A stretch of 64,000 nucleotides of DNA from Bacteroidetes bacterium GWB2_32_14 (GTDB lineage Bacteria; Bacteroidota; Bacteroidia; Bacteroidales; UBA12077), in contig MENK01000031.1 of the NCBI GenBank assembly GCA_001768235.1, positions 7,294 to 71,293 on the forward strand, in the 5' to 3' direction. This document shows, one piece after another, positions 28,319 through 38,822 of the stretch; positions within the stretch are counted from its first letter, which is position 1; each line of letters opens with the position of its first letter. Under the pieces are notes generated by a model. The model did no database searches. It saw nothing but the letters and a program-made list of their open reading frames with translations, and had not been told where the DNA came from. The translations under genes were made by a program, and so were the position numbers.

Positions 28319-29521
28319 ATGGCAACACTAATTACAAGAAAAGGAAAAATCGCAATACTAACTGGTGGCGGCGATGTTCCCGGGCTTAACCCGGCTATAA
28401 GAGCAGTAACAATCAGGGCTTTACGTGAGGGGTATGAAGTAATCGGAATCCGGAGAGGATGGGCCGGTTTGGTAAACCTGATTAGAGATAAAAAAACCGA
28501 CAACTCAGAATGGTACCAGGTACTTACTGAAATTATTGTAAATAAATCAGCACGGTCGGGAGGAACTTTTTTACACTCATCCAGGACAAATCCCGAGAAA
28601 GTATCCAAAAGCGATGTGCCCGATCATTTAAAAGATAAATACAATAAAGAAAAAAACGATCTTACTCCCGAAGTACTTAAAAACATAGAATTTCTTGGTA
28701 TTGATTATTTAATCCCTATTGGAGGCGACGATACCTTGAGCTATGCCGTTCGTTTGTATCGTGAAAATATTAAAATTGTAGCCATCCCAAAAACCATGGA
28801 TAATGATGTTCCCGGAACAGATTATTGCATTGGGTTTAGCACGTGCATTACAAGAACCATTCAAATGACCAACAATCTCAGAACTTCTGCAGGATCACAC
28901 GAACGATTTCTTGTTATCGAAGTTTTTGGAAGGTATGCGGGATTTACAGCTATGTTGCCCACAATGGCAGGAGCTGCAAACCGATGCGTTATTCCAGAAC
29001 ATAAATTTGATATTGAAAAACTCACGGAACTTCTGGTGGAAGACAGGTTTAATAACCCCAGTAAATATTCTGTGGTATTGGTTTCTGAAGGAGCCATGTT
29101 TAAAGGTGGCGAAATGATTATTGAAGGACAGGAGAAAGATGCATTTGGCCATGCTAAACTTGGCGGAATAGGCGATTTAGTATCTATAAAACTTAAAGAG
29201 CTATCCCCTAAATTTAATAATGGTAAATCAATTGGAATTATTAATCAAAAACTGGGATACCTTGTTCGTGGTGGCGATCCGGATGCGATCGACTCTATTG
29301 TTCCCATGGCTTATGGGAACCTTGCATTAGACCTTATTTTAAAAGGAATACACGGGAGACTCGTTGTTCTCAGTAACGGAAGATACGACAACATCCCTAT
29401 TGAAGTAATTATTAATTCAAAAAAAAATGTTAATGTACAAAAACATTATAACGTGGAACGATTAAGGCCCTTTTATAAAAGCTTCGAGTTGCAACCCCTT
29501 TTTATAATGACAAGCGAATAA
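28319..29521 (+). CDS. pfkA: 6-phosphofructokinase, PfkA family, with PPi-type signature residues
   Basis: TGGGDVPGLN, GGTFLHSSR, GGDDT, PKTMDND, EVFGRYAG and LGYLVRGG motifs. The ATG at 28319 is preferred over the ORF-track start at 28298. Confidence 0.9.
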   Translation: MATLITRKGKIAILTGGGDVPGLNPAIRAVTIRALREGYEVIGIRRGWAGLVNLIRDKKTDNSEWYQVLTEIIVNKSARSGGTFLHSSRTNPEKVSKSDVPDHLKDKYNKEKNDLTPEVLKNIEFLGIDYLIPIGGDDTLSYAVRLYRENIKIVAIPKTMDNDVPGTDYCIGFSTCITRTIQMTNNLRTSAGSHERFLVIEVFGRYAGFTAMLPTMAGAANRCVIPEHKFDIEKLTELLVEDRFNNPSKYSVVLVSEGAMFKGGEMIIEGQEKDAFGHAKLGGIGDLVSIKLKELSPKFNNGKSIGIINQKLGYLVRGGDPDAIDSIVPMAYGNLALDLILKGIHGRLVVLSNGRYDNIPIEVIINSKKNVNVQKHYNVERLRPFYKSFELQPLFIMTSE

Positions 29522-29558
29522 AAAGTAAACGTTCGGGATGAATATCTATATCTTCTTT

Positions 29559-31283
29559 TTATTTTCTTTTATTGAATTTTATATCCTTAATGTTTAGTTG
29601 AATTGTAGATTTTTCCCTGAAATTATTCTCGTCGATTGAGTAGCAAATATCAAAAGAATTGCCTGAACGAATATAATCAAAATTATTAGCCTGCTGAAAT
29701 GCTATTGCCGGGTACGATTTAAATGGCTCATCTTCGTGTATTATGCCTAGTTTTATATGTTCCTTGCTTGGTCCAACAATTCGTCCTTCTCCATTATCGG
29801 AAACATTTTCAGATAAAAAAACCGGGGCCATATTTTCAGGCCCAAAGGGTTGAAATTGTTTTAAGATTCTAAAAAACTTAGGAGTTATTTCAGCCAGTTT
29901 AAGCTCTGAATCTATTTCTATTTGTGGAACGAGTTGTTCTTCAAGTATTGTCTCCGACACAATTTTTTCGAATCGTTCCCTGAACTTTGAAACATTATCA
30001 ATTTTCATAGTTAGTCCGGCGGCATACATGTGTCCGCCAAAGTTTTCGAGTAAATCGCTGCATTTCTCTATTGCCTGGTAAATATCGTACCCTGTAACCG
30101 AACGCGCAGAACCAGTAGCCATTCCATTCGATGCGGTTAAGATTACCGTTGGCCTGTAATAACTTTCGATTAACCGTGAAGCAACAATGCCAACAACACC
30201 TTTATGCCATTTTGAGTTATATAACACCGTGGCCCTTTTTTCACTCATATCCTGTTCGTTTGACAACATCCGGAGTGCATCCTGAGTAATTGTTCGATCA
30301 ATATTTTTTCGGGCGTCGTTAAAAAAGTCAACACTGCTGGCTCCTGTTTTTGCTTTTGCTGCATTTACAGCAAGCAATAATTCAACTGCCTGATGAGCCG
30401 ACTCCATTCTACCCGCGGCATTTATCCTTGGCCCCAGTTTAAAAACAATATCTTCTACTGCTATAGTTTTTCCAGATAAGCCACTAATATTGATTATTGA
30501 TTTTAACCCTTCACGGGGGTTTTTATTTAACTGTATTAATCCAAAATGTGCCAATACGCGGTTCTCATCAACTATCGGCACAATATCTGATGCAATGCTA
30601 ACTACAACTAAATCGAGAAATTCAATTAAATTTTCGAATGGAATATTATTTGTTTTGGAATATGCCTGGATAAGTTTAAATCCTACTCCGCAACCCGAAA
30701 GTTCTTTAAAAGGATAGTTGCAATCAGGCCTTTTAGGATCGAGAACTGCAACCGCGTTTGGAAGTTCTGCCCCGGGATAATGGTGATCGCAAATAATAAA
30801 ATCGACGCCATTCTTTTTAGCAAAATCAACTTTCTCATTGGCTTTTATTCCACAATCCAGAGCAATGATTAACGAAAAACCCTTATCAATAGCATAATTA
30901 ATACCCTGAATCGAAATACCATACCCTTCGCTATACCTGTCGGGTACATAAAAGTCGATGTTTGAGTAAAAAGTCTTTAGAAAAGAATACATTAAAGCAA
31001 CCGAAGTAGTTCCATCCACATCGTAATCGCCATAAATCAATATGTTTTCGTTGTTGCGGATTGCTTTCCCGATGCGCTCAACAGCGAGATTCATATCCTT
31101 CATCAGAAAAGGATCGTAAAGATCACTTAACTCAGGGCGAAAAAATTTCCTGGCTTCATCAAAAGTCTTAACTCCCCTTTGTATTAAAAGGTTTGCTAAA
31201 ACGGGTTCGATATTTAGTTCTTTTGCCAGTTTTTCTACATCATCCTTTTTCCCCTGTTGTTTGAGAACCCATCTTTTTTCCAT
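29559..31283 (-). CDS. recJ: Single-stranded-DNA-specific exonuclease RecJ
   Basis: YGDYDVDG, CDHH, SDIVP, PRINAAGR, WHKGVVGIVASR and GGHMYAAG motifs. Confidence 0.96.
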   Translation of the reverse strand: MEKRWVLKQQGKKDDVEKLAKELNIEPVLANLLIQRGVKTFDEARKFFRPELSDLYDPFLMKDMNLAVERIGKAIRNNENILIYGDYDVDGTTSVALMYSFLKTFYSNIDFYVPDRYSEGYGISIQGINYAIDKGFSLIIALDCGIKANEKVDFAKKNGVDFIICDHHYPGAELPNAVAVLDPKRPDCNYPFKELSGCGVGFKLIQAYSKTNNIPFENLIEFLDLVVVSIASDIVPIVDENRVLAHFGLIQLNKNPREGLKSIINISGLSGKTIAVEDIVFKLGPRINAAGRMESAHQAVELLLAVNAAKAKTGASSVDFFNDARKNIDRTITQDALRMLSNEQDMSEKRATVLYNSKWHKGVVGIVASRLIESYYRPTVILTASNGMATGSARSVTGYDIYQAIEKCSDLLENFGGHMYAAGLTMKIDNVSKFRERFEKIVSETILEEQLVPQIEIDSELKLAEITPKFFRILKQFQPFGPENMAPVFLSENVSDNGEGRIVGPSKEHIKLGIIHEDEPFKSYPAIAFQQANNFDYIRSGNSFDICYSIDENNFREKSTIQLNIKDIKFNKRK

Positions 31284-31309
31284 ATATAATGTTCATATTT
31301 TTTCATCTT

Positions 31310-32011
31310 TTAAAAGTTCATCCCGAATACCTCTTCCATTTTCTTTTTAAGGATTTCTTTAACCTGGTTAATATCCTGCTTTTGCCCAAGTTCTTTCTCC
31401 ATTGAAGTTACTCCTTTGTCAACAAATCCACAAGGATTAATGTAGTTAAAGTACTCAAGATTTGTATTCACGTTAAAAGCAAACCCGTGCATAGTAATAA
31501 AACGGCTGGCTTTAACTCCTATTGCACAAATTTTTCTTGTTTTTCCCGGGATATTTGTATCTAACCAAACCCCGGTTGCTCCGGTCAATCTTTCCGACTT
31601 TATACCAAACTGTTCTAAAGTAAGAATAATTGATTGCTCCAAGTTAGCAATATATTGCTTCACCTGCAAATTAAATCGTTCAAGATCAATAATCGGGTAT
31701 CCTACAATCTGCCCCGGTCCATGATAGGTAATATCGCCTCCACGATTTATTTTGTAATACGTGGCATTTATCTTTCTTAAAAACTCATCGGCAATTAATA
31801 AATTGTTCTGTTGCCCGCTTTTTCCCAAAGTATAAACATGCGGATGTTCACAAAAAATAACTTTCCCTTCAATTTCTGTTTGTTTTTCCCCCGGAATATC
31901 CCTGTTTATTGCTTTCAGTTGTAAATATTCAGCAAATATCTGTTCCTGGTAATCCCAGGCTTTTTTATAATCAATTAATCCTAAATCCTCAAATTTTACT
32001 TGTAAACTCAT
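31310..32011 (-). CDS. lipB: Lipoyl(octanoyl) transferase
   Basis: CEHPHVYTLGKSG, RGGDITYHGPGQ, RKICAIG, HGFAFNVN and INPCG motifs. Confidence 0.96.
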   Translation of the reverse strand: MSLQVKFEDLGLIDYKKAWDYQEQIFAEYLQLKAINRDIPGEKQTEIEGKVIFCEHPHVYTLGKSGQQNNLLIADEFLRKINATYYKINRGGDITYHGPGQIVGYPIIDLERFNLQVKQYIANLEQSIILTLEQFGIKSERLTGATGVWLDTNIPGKTRKICAIGVKASRFITMHGFAFNVNTNLEYFNYINPCGFVDKGVTSMEKELGQKQDINQVKEILKKKMEEVFGMNF

Positions 32012-32012
32012 T

Positions 32013-32885
32013 TTATATATCCGATTTATTTACATGATATTCTGCATGATACGACGACCGAACCAGCGGACTGCTTTCAACAAACAAAAATCCTTTTTTT
32101 AGTCCTGTTTGCCGGTATTCCTCAAATTTTTCCGGGGTAACATATTCTTTAACCGGAATATGATCGAGTGTCGGAGCCAGGTATTGTCCTAAAGTTAAAA
32201 CTTTGCATCCTGCTTCCAATAAATCATCCATAGTTTGAAGAATTTCTTCTTCGGTTTCACCCAGTCCCAACATGATCCCTGACTTCGCGGTCAATCCTGA
32301 TTCTGCAATAATTTTAATAACGTCTAAACTACGACGGTATTTTGCTCGTGTCCTGATTTGTGATGTAAGCCTTTCAACAGTTTCCAGGTTATGAGAAATA
32401 ACTTCAGGTTTAGCATCAATAACTTTTTCAATTAGCTCCTTTACTCCGTCGAAATCTGGAATTAATCCTTCAATGGTTGTTCCGGGGTTTACTTTTTTTA
32501 TTGTTTTTATTGTTTCTGCCCAAAAAGCTGAACCACCATCTTCAAGATCATCACGATCAACCGATGTAATTACACAATGTTTAATGTTCATCAATCGAAC
32601 CGATTCGGCCACTCTTGCAGGCTCTTCCCAATCAGGAGGCAACGGTTTACCCGTTTTTACTCCACAGAATTTACACGAACGGGTACAAATATCACCCAGG
32701 ATCATAAATGTAGCTGTACCCCGATTCCAGCAATCGCCAATGTTAGGGCAATTACCACTGGTACATATAGTATGCAGCTTATAGTGATTAACAATATTTT
32801 TAACTTTTGAATACGATTCGCCCCTAGGCATTTGCATTTTCATCCAACGCGGCAATCGGCGTGTATTTTGTTTTCCGGATTCCAT
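32013..32885 (-). CDS. lipA: Lipoyl synthase
   Basis: CTSGNCPNIGDC (CX4CX5C), CTRSCKFC (CX3CX2C), HNLETV and RSSY motifs. Confidence 0.97.
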   Translation of the reverse strand: MESGKQNTRRLPRWMKMQMPRGESYSKVKNIVNHYKLHTICTSGNCPNIGDCWNRGTATFMILGDICTRSCKFCGVKTGKPLPPDWEEPARVAESVRLMNIKHCVITSVDRDDLEDGGSAFWAETIKTIKKVNPGTTIEGLIPDFDGVKELIEKVIDAKPEVISHNLETVERLTSQIRTRAKYRRSLDVIKIIAESGLTAKSGIMLGLGETEEEILQTMDDLLEAGCKVLTLGQYLAPTLDHIPVKEYVTPEKFEEYRQTGLKKGFLFVESSPLVRSSYHAEYHVNKSDI

Positions 32886-32906
32886 ATTTAAACTCTAATC
32901 TGAATG

Positions 32907-32914
32907 CAAATTTA
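32907..32914 (-). promoter_or_regulatory. -7 promoter element (TAAATTTG) of lipA-lipB-recJ
   Basis: CAAATTTA on the + strand, 21 bp from the lipA start. Confidence 0.6.
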
Positions 32915-32929
32915 TAATTATTCTAAATA

Positions 32930-32953
32930 AAAAAAGGCACTTAATCCTTTTTT
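32930..32953. terminator. Weak bidirectional terminator-like hairpin
   Basis: AAAAAAGG-CACTTAAT-CCTTTTTT; only two G-C pairs. Confidence 0.35.
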
Positions 32954-33134
32954 AACAATAATAATCTCCTGCGATTTTAACCTGCCCGAATGCAACTACA
33001 AGTCTGTAAACCGATCCAGGCAAGTTGCTTTTTTATTTTATTTCATATACAGCCCAGCCAGGAACTAAATTGTTCTTTTAAAATACTCTTCGAGTTTTAA
33101 ACTCTGAGCAAGTTATATTTTCCCGATTTAATTT

Positions 33135-33142
33135 TATCTTTG
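33135..33142 (+). promoter_or_regulatory. -7 promoter element (TATCTTTG) of lysS-gpsA-pgi
   Basis: TAnnTTTG 31 bp upstream of the lysS ATG. Confidence 0.65.
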
Positions 33143-33173
33143 TACAGTTTTAAAAAAAGGAAAAATAATAATT

Positions 33174-34904
33174 ATGATTAATTTAGATTTGAGCGAACAG
33201 GAAATTATTCGCAGGCAATCGCTTGAAGAAATCAGGAGTTTAGGTATTAATCCTTATCCTGCAGCAGAATATAATGTAAATACAAATTCAACTGAAATAC
33301 TCTCGAATTACAGTGTTGAAAAAAACAATTTTCAGGATGTAAGTATTGCCGGCAGGATTATGACTCGCCGCATCATGGGTAATGCATCATTCATCGAAAT
33401 ACAGGATGACAAAGGCAAAATCCAGGTGTATGTTAAACGCGACAATTTGTGCCCGGGCGAAGACAAAACACTATATAATACAGTTTTTAAGAAATTATTG
33501 GATATTGGCGATATTATCGGTGTAAAAGGAAATGTTTTTATTACCCAGATGGGAGAAACATCTATAAATGCTGTTGAATTAATTATTTTAAGTAAATCAA
33601 TAAAACCTCTTCCCGTTGTTAAAGAGAAAGACGGGGTAATCTATGATGCATTTACCGATCCCGATCAGCGTTACCGCCAGCGCCATTTAGATTTAATTGT
33701 TAACCCGCATGTAAGAGATGCTTTTCTGAAAAGAACGAAACTTACCAACTCCATGCGCGAGTTTTTGAATCAAAAAGGATATCTTGAAGTTGAAACTCCT
33801 ATTTTACAGCCATTATACGGTGGTGCAGCAGCACGTCCTTTTAAAACACACCATAATACGCTCGACCAAACACTTTATTTGCGTATTGCCAACGAGCTTT
33901 ATTTAAAACGACTTATTGTTGGCGGATTTGATGGCGTTTACGAGTTTGCAAAAGATTTCCGTAACGAAGGAATGGATCGTTTCCATAATCCTGAATTTAC
34001 ACAGATGGAACTTTATGTTGCTTATAAAGATTACAACTGGATGATGAACACCGTTGAAGAAATGGTCGAAAAAATAGCTCTTGATATCCACGGGACAACA
34101 GAAGTTCAAGTGGGTGATCATAAAATCAATTTTAAACGTCCCTGGAAGCGTTTTACCATGTTTGAAGCAATTAAAGAATTTACTGGTATTGATATTTCGC
34201 AGATGGATGAAAACCAGCTTACCGAAACAGCTAAAAAACTGGGTGTTGAAGTAAATGATACCATGGGCAAAGGAAAAATCATAGATGAGATATTTGGCGA
34301 GATGTGCGAGGCTAAACTTATACAACCTACATTTATTACAGATTATCCTGTAGAGATGTCTCCATTAGCCAAAAAACACAGAAGTGTCGATGGCCTGGTT
34401 GAGCGATTCGAAGCCATTTGTAATGGTAAAGAAATTTGCAATGCATATTCCGAATTAAATGATCCGATTGATCAGCGGGAACGTTTCGAGCAACAATTAA
34501 TTCTTGGTAAACGGGGCGATGAAGAAGCAATGGTTTTAGACGAAGATTTCTTAAAAGCTATCGAGTACGGAATGCCTCCAACAGCAGGTTTGGGAATTGG
34601 AATCGACCGCTTAACCATGATTATGACTAATTCCCAGTCTATACAAGATGTGTTGTTCTTCCCTCAAATGCGTCAGGAGAAGAAATCACAAAAAGACGAT
34701 ACATCAAAATTTGCCGATGCAGGTATTCCTTCCGAATGGATTCCAATTGTTCAGAAATCAGGACATCTGACTGTTGAGAGCCTGAAAGGTATTAATGCTG
34801 CCAGCCTGCATAACAAGTTGTGCGGAACCAATAAAAAACATAAGCTGGGATTGGCAAATCCAAGTATCGACGATATCAAATCGTGGTTAGAAAAACTAAA
34901 CTAG
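33174..34904 (+). CDS. lysS: Lysine--tRNA ligase, class II, with Bacteroidota-type C-terminal extension
   Basis: OB-fold [34 protein letters not shown] and [14 protein letters not shown] motifs. Confidence 0.98.
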   Translation: MINLDLSEQEIIRRQSLEEIRSLGINPYPAAEYNVNTNSTEILSNYSVEKNNFQDVSIAGRIMTRRIMGNASFIEIQDDKGKIQVYVKRDNLCPGEDKTLYNTVFKKLLDIGDIIGVKGNVFITQMGETSINAVELIILSKSIKPLPVVKEKDGVIYDAFTDPDQRYRQRHLDLIVNPHVRDAFLKRTKLTNSMREFLNQKGYLEVETPILQPLYGGAAARPFKTHHNTLDQTLYLRIANELYLKRLIVGGFDGVYEFAKDFRNEGMDRFHNPEFTQMELYVAYKDYNWMMNTVEEMVEKIALDIHGTTEVQVGDHKINFKRPWKRFTMFEAIKEFTGIDISQMDENQLTETAKKLGVEVNDTMGKGKIIDEIFGEMCEAKLIQPTFITDYPVEMSPLAKKHRSVDGLVERFEAICNGKEICNAYSELNDPIDQRERFEQQLILGKRGDEEAMVLDEDFLKAIEYGMPPTAGLGIGIDRLTMIMTNSQSIQDVLFFPQMRQEKKSQKDDTSKFADAGIPSEWIPIVQKSGHLTVESLKGINAASLHNKLCGTNKKHKLGLANPSIDDIKSWLEKLN

Positions 34905-34908
34905 AATC

Positions 34909-35904
34909 ATGGAACATAAACCCAAAGTAGCCGTTCTGGGGGGTGGAAGCTGGGCAACTGCTATAGTTAAAATGCTTCTCGAGAATGTACATCAGGTTAA
35001 CTGGTACATGAGAAGCAAAGAAAATATTAATTATATAGAAAAATATCAGCACAATAATTTTTACCTGAGTTCGGTCAGGCTCGACACCCATAAAATTGTT
35101 CTTTCAGACGATATCAGTAAAACTGTTGAAAACTCCGATATCGTTATTTTTGCCATACCTTCCGCGTTTTTAAAATCAGCACTTGAAAATTTAAAAGCCG
35201 ATTTAACCGACAAGATTATTGTTTCTGCTATTAAAGGAATGGTGCCAGGTGAAAATATGATTATTGGCGAATACTTTAATACTCAATACAATATTCCCCT
35301 TGATTTATTTGCCGTTATAGCAGGGCCATGCCATGCCGAGGAGGTTGCCCTGGAAAGGCTTTCCTACTTAACTATTGCCTGTCAGGATTTAAAAAATGCC
35401 CGTTGGGTTGCAGATATTTTATCGACAAACTACATTAAAACAAGCGTTTCTGATGATATTTACGGCACCGAATATTCGGCGGTATTAAAAAATGTGTTTG
35501 CTGTTGCTGCCGGTATTTGTCACGGATTAGGCTATGGCGACAATTTTAATGCAGTACTCATTTCCAATGCCATACAGGAAATAAAACGTTTCGTCGATGC
35601 CGTGCATCCAATAACCCGCGACATAAAAAACTCCGCCTACCTGGGAGATCTTATGGTTACGGCCTACTCGCAATTCAGCCGTAACAGAACATTTGGAACC
35701 ATGATTGGTAAAGGCTATTCTGTAAAATCGGCACAACTCGAAATGAATATGGTTGCCGAAGGCTATTATGCAGTAAAATCAATTTACGAAATTAATAAGA
35801 AATACATGGTAAACATGCCCATAACAAATGCTGTTTACAATATCCTCTACGAAAAAATTTCGCCTGCAATCGAAATTAAAATACTTACCGAAAATATCCG
35901 ATAG
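34909..35904 (+). CDS. gpsA: NAD(P)H-dependent glycerol-3-phosphate dehydrogenase
   Basis: GGGSWATA, AIKG, GPCHAEEV, KNVFAVAAG, GDLMVT..S..SRN and VAEG motifs. Confidence 0.95.
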   Translation: MEHKPKVAVLGGGSWATAIVKMLLENVHQVNWYMRSKENINYIEKYQHNNFYLSSVRLDTHKIVLSDDISKTVENSDIVIFAIPSAFLKSALENLKADLTDKIIVSAIKGMVPGENMIIGEYFNTQYNIPLDLFAVIAGPCHAEEVALERLSYLTIACQDLKNARWVADILSTNYIKTSVSDDIYGTEYSAVLKNVFAVAAGICHGLGYGDNFNAVLISNAIQEIKRFVDAVHPITRDIKNSAYLGDLMVTAYSQFSRNRTFGTMIGKGYSVKSAQLEMNMVAEGYYAVKSIYEINKKYMVNMPITNAVYNILYEKISPAIEIKILTENIR

Positions 35905-35927
35905 TTCAATAATTTAAAAAAATTGTT

Positions 35928-37271
35928 ATGGAAACCTTGAAGATTGATATTAAAAACGCTTTATCATTTTTCAAAAAGAATGATTTTGACCATTATTCTG
36001 AACTTACTAAAAATGCAGATATCGCCTTAAAAAACAAAACCGGAAAAGGAAGTGAATTTTTAGGATGGTATGATTTACCTGTAAAAATTGCTAATAGCGA
36101 AATTGCCGCAATAAATGCCCACGCAAACGATTTAAGAAAAAAATCGGATGTTATCGTGGTTATAGGTATTGGCGGATCGTATCTTGGAGCAAAAGCACTT
36201 ATTGAAGCTCTTTCCGGCCAATTTGACCACCTGACAAACAAACCGGGAAATCCTTTAATTTTATTTGCAGGACAGAATCTCTCTGAAGATTACATGTTTG
36301 AGTTAATGGATTTTTTAAAAGACAGGAAATTCTCTCTAATTGTAATTTCAAAATCGGGAACCACAACAGAACCTGCAGTTTCTTTCAGAATACTAAAAAA
36401 TGAACTTGAGTCGAAGGTTGGGAAAAAAGAAGCATCTGAAAGAATCATAGCCATAACCGATGCTTCGAAAGGTGCACTCAGAAGCATGGCGAACCAAGAG
36501 GCTTACAAATCATTTATTATCGACGATAATATTGGCGGCCGTTTTTCAGTATTATCGCCTGTTGGATTACTTCCTGTAGCTTGTGCCGGATTTGATATTG
36601 AAAAAATCGTGAACGGAGCAAAAGATTTCATGTATCATGGCAACAAAACAGAGCTTGCCGATAACCATGTTTATACCTATGCTGCAATACGCCATGCTTT
36701 GTATAAACAAAACAAAACCACGGAAATTCTGGCCAATTTTGATCCCCGGTTAAATTATATTGCTGAATGGTGGAAACAATTGTATGGCGAGAGCGAAGGG
36801 AAAGAAAATAAAGGTATTTTCCCGGCAAGCGTAAGCTTTACAACAGACCTGCATTCAATGGGACAATACATTCAGGAAGGTTTACGAAATATATTCGAAA
36901 CAGTAATTTCTGTAGAAAAGCCTAAACACAATTTAACTGTTCCATCCGATCCTGATAATTTCGACAAACTGAATTTTCTCGCCGGAAAACACCTGGATTA
37001 CATAAACAAAATGGCCGAATTGGGAACAATGCTTGCTCATATCGACGGTGGAGTACCAAATATAAAAATAACTTTACCTGAAATTAATGAATACTATTTA
37101 GGACAACTCATTTATTTTTTCGAAAAAGCTTGTGCAATAAGTGGATATCTGCTTGAGATAAACCCATTTGACCAGCCGGGTGTTGAAGAGTACAAACGCA
37201 ACATGTTTGCTTTACTTGATAAACCAGGATTTGAAGAAGAAACAAGAAAGATTAAAGAAAGATTAAAATAG
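35928..37271 (+). CDS. pgi: Glucose-6-phosphate isomerase
   Basis: IGIGGSYLG, SKSGTTTE, GGRFSVLS, QLYGESEGK, TTDLHS.GQ and PFDQPGVEEYK motifs. Confidence 0.97.
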   Translation: METLKIDIKNALSFFKKNDFDHYSELTKNADIALKNKTGKGSEFLGWYDLPVKIANSEIAAINAHANDLRKKSDVIVVIGIGGSYLGAKALIEALSGQFDHLTNKPGNPLILFAGQNLSEDYMFELMDFLKDRKFSLIVISKSGTTTEPAVSFRILKNELESKVGKKEASERIIAITDASKGALRSMANQEAYKSFIIDDNIGGRFSVLSPVGLLPVACAGFDIEKIVNGAKDFMYHGNKTELADNHVYTYAAIRHALYKQNKTTEILANFDPRLNYIAEWWKQLYGESEGKENKGIFPASVSFTTDLHSMGQYIQEGLRNIFETVISVEKPKHNLTVPSDPDNFDKLNFLAGKHLDYINKMAELGTMLAHIDGGVPNIKITLPEINEYYLGQLIYFFEKACAISGYLLEINPFDQPGVEEYKRNMFALLDKPGFEEETRKIKERLK

Positions 37272-37273
37272 AT

Positions 37274-37705
37274 TCAATTTTCAATTTTAAGATTGATTTT
37301 AGCAAGTTTCTCATTAATAACCACCATTTTATTCATATTCTTAAACGAAAAAAAATCCTGTTCTTCATTGAGAAAATAGTAAATCTTTAATGTGTTTTTT
37401 AGAACTTTTTTACTTGCTTTCAGGTTGTTTTGCTTGAATAAAATGTCTCCTTTTTCGTGTAATAAATCGGCTAAAGAACTAAGTTCTTCCGGCAACAATC
37501 CTTTTTCTTCATTTAGGGCATGGGTTAAAAAATTCTCGGAAACAGAAAAAAATTTTTCTGAATCGAAATTAAAATAATCTAAAATTGTTTTATCTATAGT
37601 TTCAAGAGCTTCCCTGAAACGCCCGTTATTCTTCAATTCAATAAGAACTGATAAAACCTTTGAAATTTCATTAATTAACTTTAAAACCCGTGTATTTTCG
37701 TCCAT
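37274..37705 (-). CDS. Hypothetical all-alpha (TPR-like) protein
   Basis: Fills the gap between pgi and the BASS gene with helical amphipathic sequence (LADLLHEKGDIL). ATG at 37705; GTG at 37711 is possible. Confidence 0.7.
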   Translation of the reverse strand: MDENTRVLKLINEISKVLSVLIELKNNGRFREALETIDKTILDYFNFDSEKFFSVSENFLTHALNEEKGLLPEELSSLADLLHEKGDILFKQNNLKASKKVLKNTLKIYYFLNEEQDFFSFKNMNKMVVINEKLAKINLKIEN

Positions 37706-37877
37706 CAGCACTAAATATTAGAAATATTGTAAAAGGATTATAATTAAAGCCCGATTAGTAAATATATAAAAAGCAATCTTTACCATTTTGATTTAAAAAA
37801 AATTTTTGACGAAAATATTCAAATAGCAACTTAATTTTTAATTCATTTGCTTATTTTTAAACCTAAAATCAATCATT

Positions 37878-38810
37878 ATGATCGCCGAAAGTTTAAAAGT
37901 ACTTGATAGCATTACTCTGAATTTTAGTCAGGGTGGGCTGTTATTTATGAATATCACTCTTGCATTTATCATGTTTGGTGTGGCTCTCGAAATCGACTTG
38001 GAAAGTTTTAAAAAAATAATTAATAAACCCAAATCTGCAATTGTTGGGGTTATTTCACAATTTTTTTTATTACCAATTGTAACATTCCTTTTTGTTACTA
38101 TCCTCCAGCCTTCACCTGCAGTTGCCCTGGGAATGATACTTGTGGCAGCCTGCCCCGGGGGAAATATATCAAATTTTGTTTCATCACTCGGAAAAGGGAA
38201 TATTGCATTATCGGTTAGTTTAACGGCAATAGCAACGCTGGCAGCAATTTTTATGACTCCTTTTAATTTTGCATTCTGGGGTAAGCTTTATGCAAAATCA
38301 CATCCATTGCTCAGGCCAATCGAGATTGATCCAATTCAGATGTTCCAGACAGTTTTTATCTTGCTGGGCATTCCGCTTATATTTGGAATGATATTTTCAA
38401 GAAAATTTCCTGAAACAACAAAAAAAATTCTTAAACCTATAAAGATTTTTTCAATATTAATTTTTATGGGATTTGTAGTTGTTGCTCTTGCAAGTAATTT
38501 CTCCTATTTTTTAAGGTATATTCATTTAATTGTTATTATAGTGTTTATACAAAATGGATTAGGTTTGTTATCAGGATATTATTTCAGTAAAGTTCTAAAA
38601 CTCCCGGAGATTGACCAAAGAACGATCTCTATAGAAACAGGTATTCAAAACTCAGGCCTGGCACTTGTGCTTATATTTAATCCCAAAATATTCCCTTCTG
38701 ATTTACAACTCGGCGGTATGGCATTTATAGCCGCCTGGTGGGGTATCTGGCACATTATTTCAGGTTTGGGATTAGCGTATTATTGGCATAAAAGACCTCC
38801 TATTAATTAA
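37878..38810 (+). CDS. Bile acid:sodium symporter (BASS/SBF) family transporter
   Basis: IMFGVAL, SQFFLLP, ACPGGNISN, GNIALSVSLT and IETGIQNSGLA motifs. Confidence 0.92.
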   Translation: MIAESLKVLDSITLNFSQGGLLFMNITLAFIMFGVALEIDLESFKKIINKPKSAIVGVISQFFLLPIVTFLFVTILQPSPAVALGMILVAACPGGNISNFVSSLGKGNIALSVSLTAIATLAAIFMTPFNFAFWGKLYAKSHPLLRPIEIDPIQMFQTVFILLGIPLIFGMIFSRKFPETTKKILKPIKIFSILIFMGFVVVALASNFSYFLRYIHLIVIIVFIQNGLGLLSGYYFSKVLKLPEIDQRTISIETGIQNSGLALVLIFNPKIFPSDLQLGGMAFIAAWWGIWHIISGLGLAYYWHKRPPIN

Positions 38811-38822
38811 TTAAGTAAATAA

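Noticed and set aside
32960-33000. Resemblance of GATTTTAACC...TGCAA to a SAM-II riboswitch loop
   Set aside because: No closing P1 stem or 3' pseudoknot strand, and no methionine/SAM gene downstream.
34675-34904. Extra C-terminal domain on LysS
   Set aside because: A common Bacteroidota LysS extension (DUF4332-like, as I recall), not specific to this genome.
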